From: an uncultured Eubacteriales bacterium
GTDB lineage: Bacteria > Bacillota > Clostridia > Peptostreptococcales > Anaerovoracaceae
NCBI GenBank assembly: GCA_902775345.1
Contig: CACYLW010000006.1
Location: 39,613-103,612, forward strand
Direction of reading: 5' to 3'
Length of the DNA: 64,000 bases
A program made the position numbers and the translations under genes. Of this stretch, positions 60,529 to 64,000 are shown in pieces (the first letter of the stretch is position 1; the number at the start of each line of letters is the position of its first letter). Under the pieces are notes generated by a model. That model was not told the DNA's origin. It was given only the letters and a program-made list of their open reading frames with translations, and made no database searches.

Positions 60529-62273
60529 GATTGCATCTCTCCTCTCAAAAGTTCCACAGTATCACAGACAACATCTGCGAAGCTAAATCTTATTTCAACA
60601 TCACCGGCAGCTGTTACAGTAATGCGCTCTACAGTGTTTTTTACAAGAGCCTCATCGAATTCATATCCGTAGCATATACCCTCAAATTTCTTATTAACAT
60701 CTGAAAACTTATCCAGCAGACGCAACTGTTTGCTGTAATCCTTTTTGAGATCAACATATTCCTGTTCCAAATTCTCCTTTTTCTTTAGTAGATTCTCACG
60801 AACATTATCATATTCTCTCTCAGTAATTACACCATCTGCCAGATCTTCATAAGATTTCATAATCGTGTTTCCTATATCTGCAAGTTTGCCTTCTATCGAG
60901 TTCATTTTTTTCAACGATGATAGTATCGGATCCTTCCCGCCATTTTCCTTCTTAAGTTTTTCAAGTACATTTGCCATATCTGACATGGTACGAATCTGAA
61001 AGTTTAGCTGATCCATCACTATCATCTTGAGCAAATTCGTACTAATACGGTGTCCTCCGCATTTTGCTTCACCTGCAAGTGGCGGACAGCTATAGAACTC
61101 CACACGACCCAGGCCGTTTTTTCTTGACCGCAACCCCTTTCTAATTTCTTCCTCTGTGGCTCGGGAATAATCATTACGGTAGAGAATATAATTCATCCGG
61201 CGGCCACATTCCGCACAGTATACAAGACCAGTCATCTGATCCCGAAAATTCTCCCTCGCTTTGACGTTATAACTCTTACTTCTGGCACTATAACAGTTCT
61301 CTTGTTTTGTGATATCCAAGATTTCTTGATAATCTCCCCTGGATACCAATGGTTCATGTGTGTCTTTATATACCGTCCACTCTTCCTGTTCAGTCTTCCT
61401 GACTGGCTCTGCTTTATATAGACACTGTCTAAGCCGCCCCATACAAACATCACCAACATAACTTGGATTGTACAAAATTGTTCTGACTGTTGAATAAGTC
61501 CATTTCTTGTTAAGTGATGGCTTCCCATTCTTCAGATTTCGATAATCGGAAGGTGTAGGAACTCCCATCTGATTCATTCTATTAGCTATTTCGTCAATCT
61601 TTATGCCTATACGCATCCATTGAAAAATCGCTCTCACATACTGAGCTGCTACAGGATCCACTATGTATTTCGACTTATCCTCTGAAAAATCATATCCGAA
61701 CGGTGCCCGTCCGTTTGGAACAACATCGCTTCTCATACGTCTTGCTTCAGCAGCAATAGTCATTTTTCTTGACTGATCTTTTGAATACATGGAGTTCACA
61801 ATATTCTTGATGGGAACCGATATTTTATCCTGATCATCTTTGCGGAAGCTGTCATAATTGTCATTTACAGATATGAATCTGACATTGAGCCTTGGAAGCA
61901 CTGTATCCAGCAGGAATCCGGCTTCTAGATAATCTCTACCGAATCGAGACAGATCCTTTACAACAATGCACCTGATTTTTCCAATCTGAATATCCTCCAT
62001 TAGGCTCTGGAAAGCTGGTCTTTCAAAGTTGGTTCCTGTAAATCCGTTGTCTGCGTAGCTTCCTGCCAGTTCCAGTTCCGGATGTTCATTGATGAAGCTG
62101 TAGAGTATAGCCATCTGATTTCGCAATGATTCATCTGTTTCATTACCGCCGTTCTCTATCGAAAGCCTTCCGTATGCAGCTGTAGGCATGAGTTCGATAA
62201 CGTCTTTCAAAGGTGTTATCAGAGGCTCTGAAGGCTGCGACAGGTTTACTGTTTTTCTACTTTTCCTTGCCAT
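60525..62273 (-). CDS. Large serine recombinase (canonical)
   Basis: AAYGRLSIENGG, ADNGFTGTNFERPAF, VKDLSRFGRDY and zinc ribbon YCAECGRRM...YSCPP...KCGGH. 4-nt overlap (ATGA) with the downstream recombinase gene. The start may be an internal Met. Confidence 0.9.
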   Translation of the reverse strand: MARKSRKTVNLSQPSEPLITPLKDVIELMPTAAYGRLSIENGGNETDESLRNQMAILYSFINEHPELELAGSYADNGFTGTNFERPAFQSLMEDIQIGKIRCIVVKDLSRFGRDYLEAGFLLDTVLPRLNVRFISVNDNYDSFRKDDQDKISVPIKNIVNSMYSKDQSRKMTIAAEARRMRSDVVPNGRAPFGYDFSEDKSKYIVDPVAAQYVRAIFQWMRIGIKIDEIANRMNQMGVPTPSDYRNLKNGKPSLNKKWTYSTVRTILYNPSYVGDVCMGRLRQCLYKAEPVRKTEQEEWTVYKDTHEPLVSRGDYQEILDITKQENCYSARSKSYNVKARENFRDQMTGLVYCAECGRRMNYILYRNDYSRATEEEIRKGLRSRKNGLGRVEFYSCPPLAGEAKCGGHRISTNLLKMIVMDQLNFQIRTMSDMANVLEKLKKENGGKDPILSSLKKMNSIEGKLADIGNTIMKSYEDLADGVITEREYDNVRENLLKKKENLEQEYVDLKKDYSKQLRLLDKFSDVNKKFEGICYGYEFDEALVKNTVERITVTAAGDVEIRFSFADVVCDTVELLRGEMQS

Positions 62274-63750
62274 CCCTCATCCCCTCCTCAAGCCATTCTT
62301 CAGGAAGCATTTGCTTCCAGGCATTATTTTTCACATCGATCGTGACTTCCTTTAAGTCATGTACCCAGACCATTTCAATCCACTTCCTCAACTGCATATT
62401 CGTCAGTGTTACTGATAGGTCTATATTGCGGTATAGTTCTACCCATGGGTTTTTCAGAAATACCTTAGCTAAAATCAATAGCTCATCCTGTTTCTGACAG
62501 AACGCTTCTTCGAGCTCATCCATTTGCATATCCAGGTCATCCAAGGCAGATTCTTTAAGTTCAGGGGGAAATTCCGTTTCAATAGTCTGTCGCTTTTCAG
62601 CCAATATAGAGATTTCCTCTATAATTACAGTCATAGCATCGACCACGACCTGTCTTCTTTTATTCATCTCTTCCTCAGATTTTTCTGTCAAATACCCAGC
62701 TACCTTAATGGCAAGTGCCTTTTCCTCTTTTAGGCTCTCTATAACTGCAGATACGACATCATCATATGGAACACTATCCTCTTTTGTTTTTCTGACTCTA
62801 CAGTAGCGACGCTCACGATCAGGTCCAACTTCGTAGCATATCATTGACTTACCTGTCTCTGCAGACCTTATGATTAGGCGAAGGAGGTTTTTCTTCGGTT
62901 TATTACCTTTATGATAATTAACCCTATGCGCAATCCTTGCAGATTCAGCTTTTACAAATAGCTCTGTACTTATAATTGACGGTATATTAAATTCAACATA
63001 TTCCCCATTGATTTTTCTGCGAATGATTCCTGTATAATCTCTGCAGTTCAGGATAGCCTTTATTGTATTAATTGACCAATCTGTAGCATTTGGTTTGGCG
63101 TGTTTTATAGAGACTCTCTCTAGATGAACAGCTGGTGACTCATATCCCTTATTTTGCATGATTCCTGCAATGCTTCTCATCGTCTCTTTGCCACTAGCCA
63201 TTAATTCGAAAATCTCTATGATAATCGGAGCGACTTCTTCGTCAATGACAAGATTTCTGTGATCTTCAGAAAGCAAATACCCATACTTCTCATCATGTAC
63301 ACTGAATAAACCTTTTTCACGCAGAGAATTATGCGCTCTCCAACGTGTTGTCGTTCTGTAATAGATATTCTTATCTGTAAAATATTGCTCGATCTCTTCC
63401 CGGGTTTTATCTAGTGAGCAGAAGTCATCATCCACTACAGCAAAATTGATTCCTGCCGGGTAAAAGAGTTCTGATAATAGATGTTTTGCATTAGCTATAC
63501 TTGGCCCGAGCCTGTAATACGAATCTACTATCAACAGGTCAAACTGTCTGGCCATACCATCTTCCCGGAGGGAGACAAATGCCTTTTCTGCCTTCTTATT
63601 TACTTCACGATCTGAATATCTTTTTGATACTTTCCATTTTCTTTTTCTGGCGTATGTATCTATTCTGTCATTTTGCAAGCTGATTATATTTGTTGGAGTA
63701 TCATTTTCCGGCAAATATGATACATAGCGGGTGTAGCTGACACATCTCAT
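62257..63750 (-). CDS. Serine-recombinase paralogue with degenerate catalytic and zinc-ribbon motifs
   Basis: The recombinase domain is present (GYLLSEDHRNLVIDEEVAPIIIEIFELMASG...CRDYTG). The N-terminus reads VSYTRYVSYLP / YSDREVNKK / VDSYYRLGPS instead of Y.R.S / D.G.SG / DLSR.GRD, and there is no CxxC pair. Confidence 0.8.
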   Translation of the reverse strand: MRCVSYTRYVSYLPENDTPTNIISLQNDRIDTYARKRKWKVSKRYSDREVNKKAEKAFVSLREDGMARQFDLLIVDSYYRLGPSIANAKHLLSELFYPAGINFAVVDDDFCSLDKTREEIEQYFTDKNIYYRTTTRWRAHNSLREKGLFSVHDEKYGYLLSEDHRNLVIDEEVAPIIIEIFELMASGKETMRSIAGIMQNKGYESPAVHLERVSIKHAKPNATDWSINTIKAILNCRDYTGIIRRKINGEYVEFNIPSIISTELFVKAESARIAHRVNYHKGNKPKKNLLRLIIRSAETGKSMICYEVGPDRERRYCRVRKTKEDSVPYDDVVSAVIESLKEEKALAIKVAGYLTEKSEEEMNKRRQVVVDAMTVIIEEISILAEKRQTIETEFPPELKESALDDLDMQMDELEEAFCQKQDELLILAKVFLKNPWVELYRNIDLSVTLTNMQLRKWIEMVWVHDLKEVTIDVKNNAWKQMLPEEWLEEGMRDGKEK

Positions 63751-64000
63751 GCTGAAATCACCTCACAATCATTAATATTATCCTTGTCCTCCGGAGTAAT
63801 ACCTAACCAATCCATGATTTCCTTGATCTCATCATCATGACAGAATCTGACTTCAATATGGTTCTTGTCATAGACATCGATCCATTCTATGAGTGTAACC
63901 ATTGCTCTACGGTCAAGCATTTGAATGTTTCGATACTCTTTAAATGAATCTAACCAGGTAATATTCGCGACATCCGACTCCTGGATGGAAGATCTCTTTT
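63747..64000 (-). CDS. C-terminal end of a further large serine recombinase (partial; N-terminus beyond the window)
   Basis: The minus frame stays open from the window edge: ...ITWLDSFKEYRNIQMLDRRAMVTLIEWIDVYDKNHIEVRFCHDDEIKEIMDWLGI...CEVISA*. The stop overlaps the next ATG (ATGA). The tail resembles the TnpX-type C-terminal region. Confidence 0.7.
   Translation of the reverse strand, partial: KRSSIQESDVANITWLDSFKEYRNIQMLDRRAMVTLIEWIDVYDKNHIEVRFCHDDEIKEIMDWLGITPEDKDNINDCEVISA

Larger units (their letters stand above)
42050..64000. mobile_element. Composite low-G+C accessory/mobile region (integrative-element debris, defence-type cargo and a serine-recombinase module); right end not in the window
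   Basis: G+C content visibly drops after about 42.0 kb. The region holds relaxase and parA stubs, two sugar-transferase stubs, a capF-like pseudogene and five serine recombinase genes. Confidence 0.6.

Overview
No searches were run. All family calls come from motifs read in the supplied translations and DNA. The window looks like a Gram-positive anaerobe (Clostridia-like) chromosome, judging from GGAGG-type RBSs and gene content, and almost all genes are on the minus strand. Nt 1-35,000 is G+C-rich core DNA. It holds deoD, rarA, an ABC exporter fused to a GNAT domain, and a co-directional HAD/MFS/GDPD/acyltransferase/phosphoesterase gene run. It also holds yedF-DUF3343, a Hanks kinase/PP2C operon, and a family of secreted Big_2/FN3-like proteins that includes two exported C26 hydrolase-fold proteins and an amidase. 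Nt 35-42 kb carries two giant surface proteins, one CotH-family and one LRR/Flg_new/M23. From about 42 kb to the window end the DNA is visibly poorer in G+C and is a patchwork accessory or mobile region. It contains gene stubs: a relaxase 3' end, a parA 5' end, two sugar-transferase stubs and a capF-like cupin pseudogene. It also contains five large serine recombinase genes, four of them tandem and overlapping at 58.9 to beyond 64 kb, and several compact uncharacterised conflict-type cassettes. The best candidate for a new system is a four-gene, translationally coupled operon at 50,123-54,143. It encodes a NACHT-like STAND NTPase, two orphan small proteins and a radical-SAM/SPASM-type enzyme that lacks the canonical CX3CX2C motif. 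Other candidates are an ABC-type ATPase with an Rx4H (HEPN-like) partner (45.8-47.8 kb), an FRG-domain gene (48.4-49.5 kb), an XRE/AAA-ATPase/membrane-protein trio (56.6-58.8 kb) and a stand-alone DUF2971 gene. Short exact repeats and a recurring 13-bp palindrome mark probable recombination or regulatory sites. I found no rRNA, tRNA or CRISPR array.
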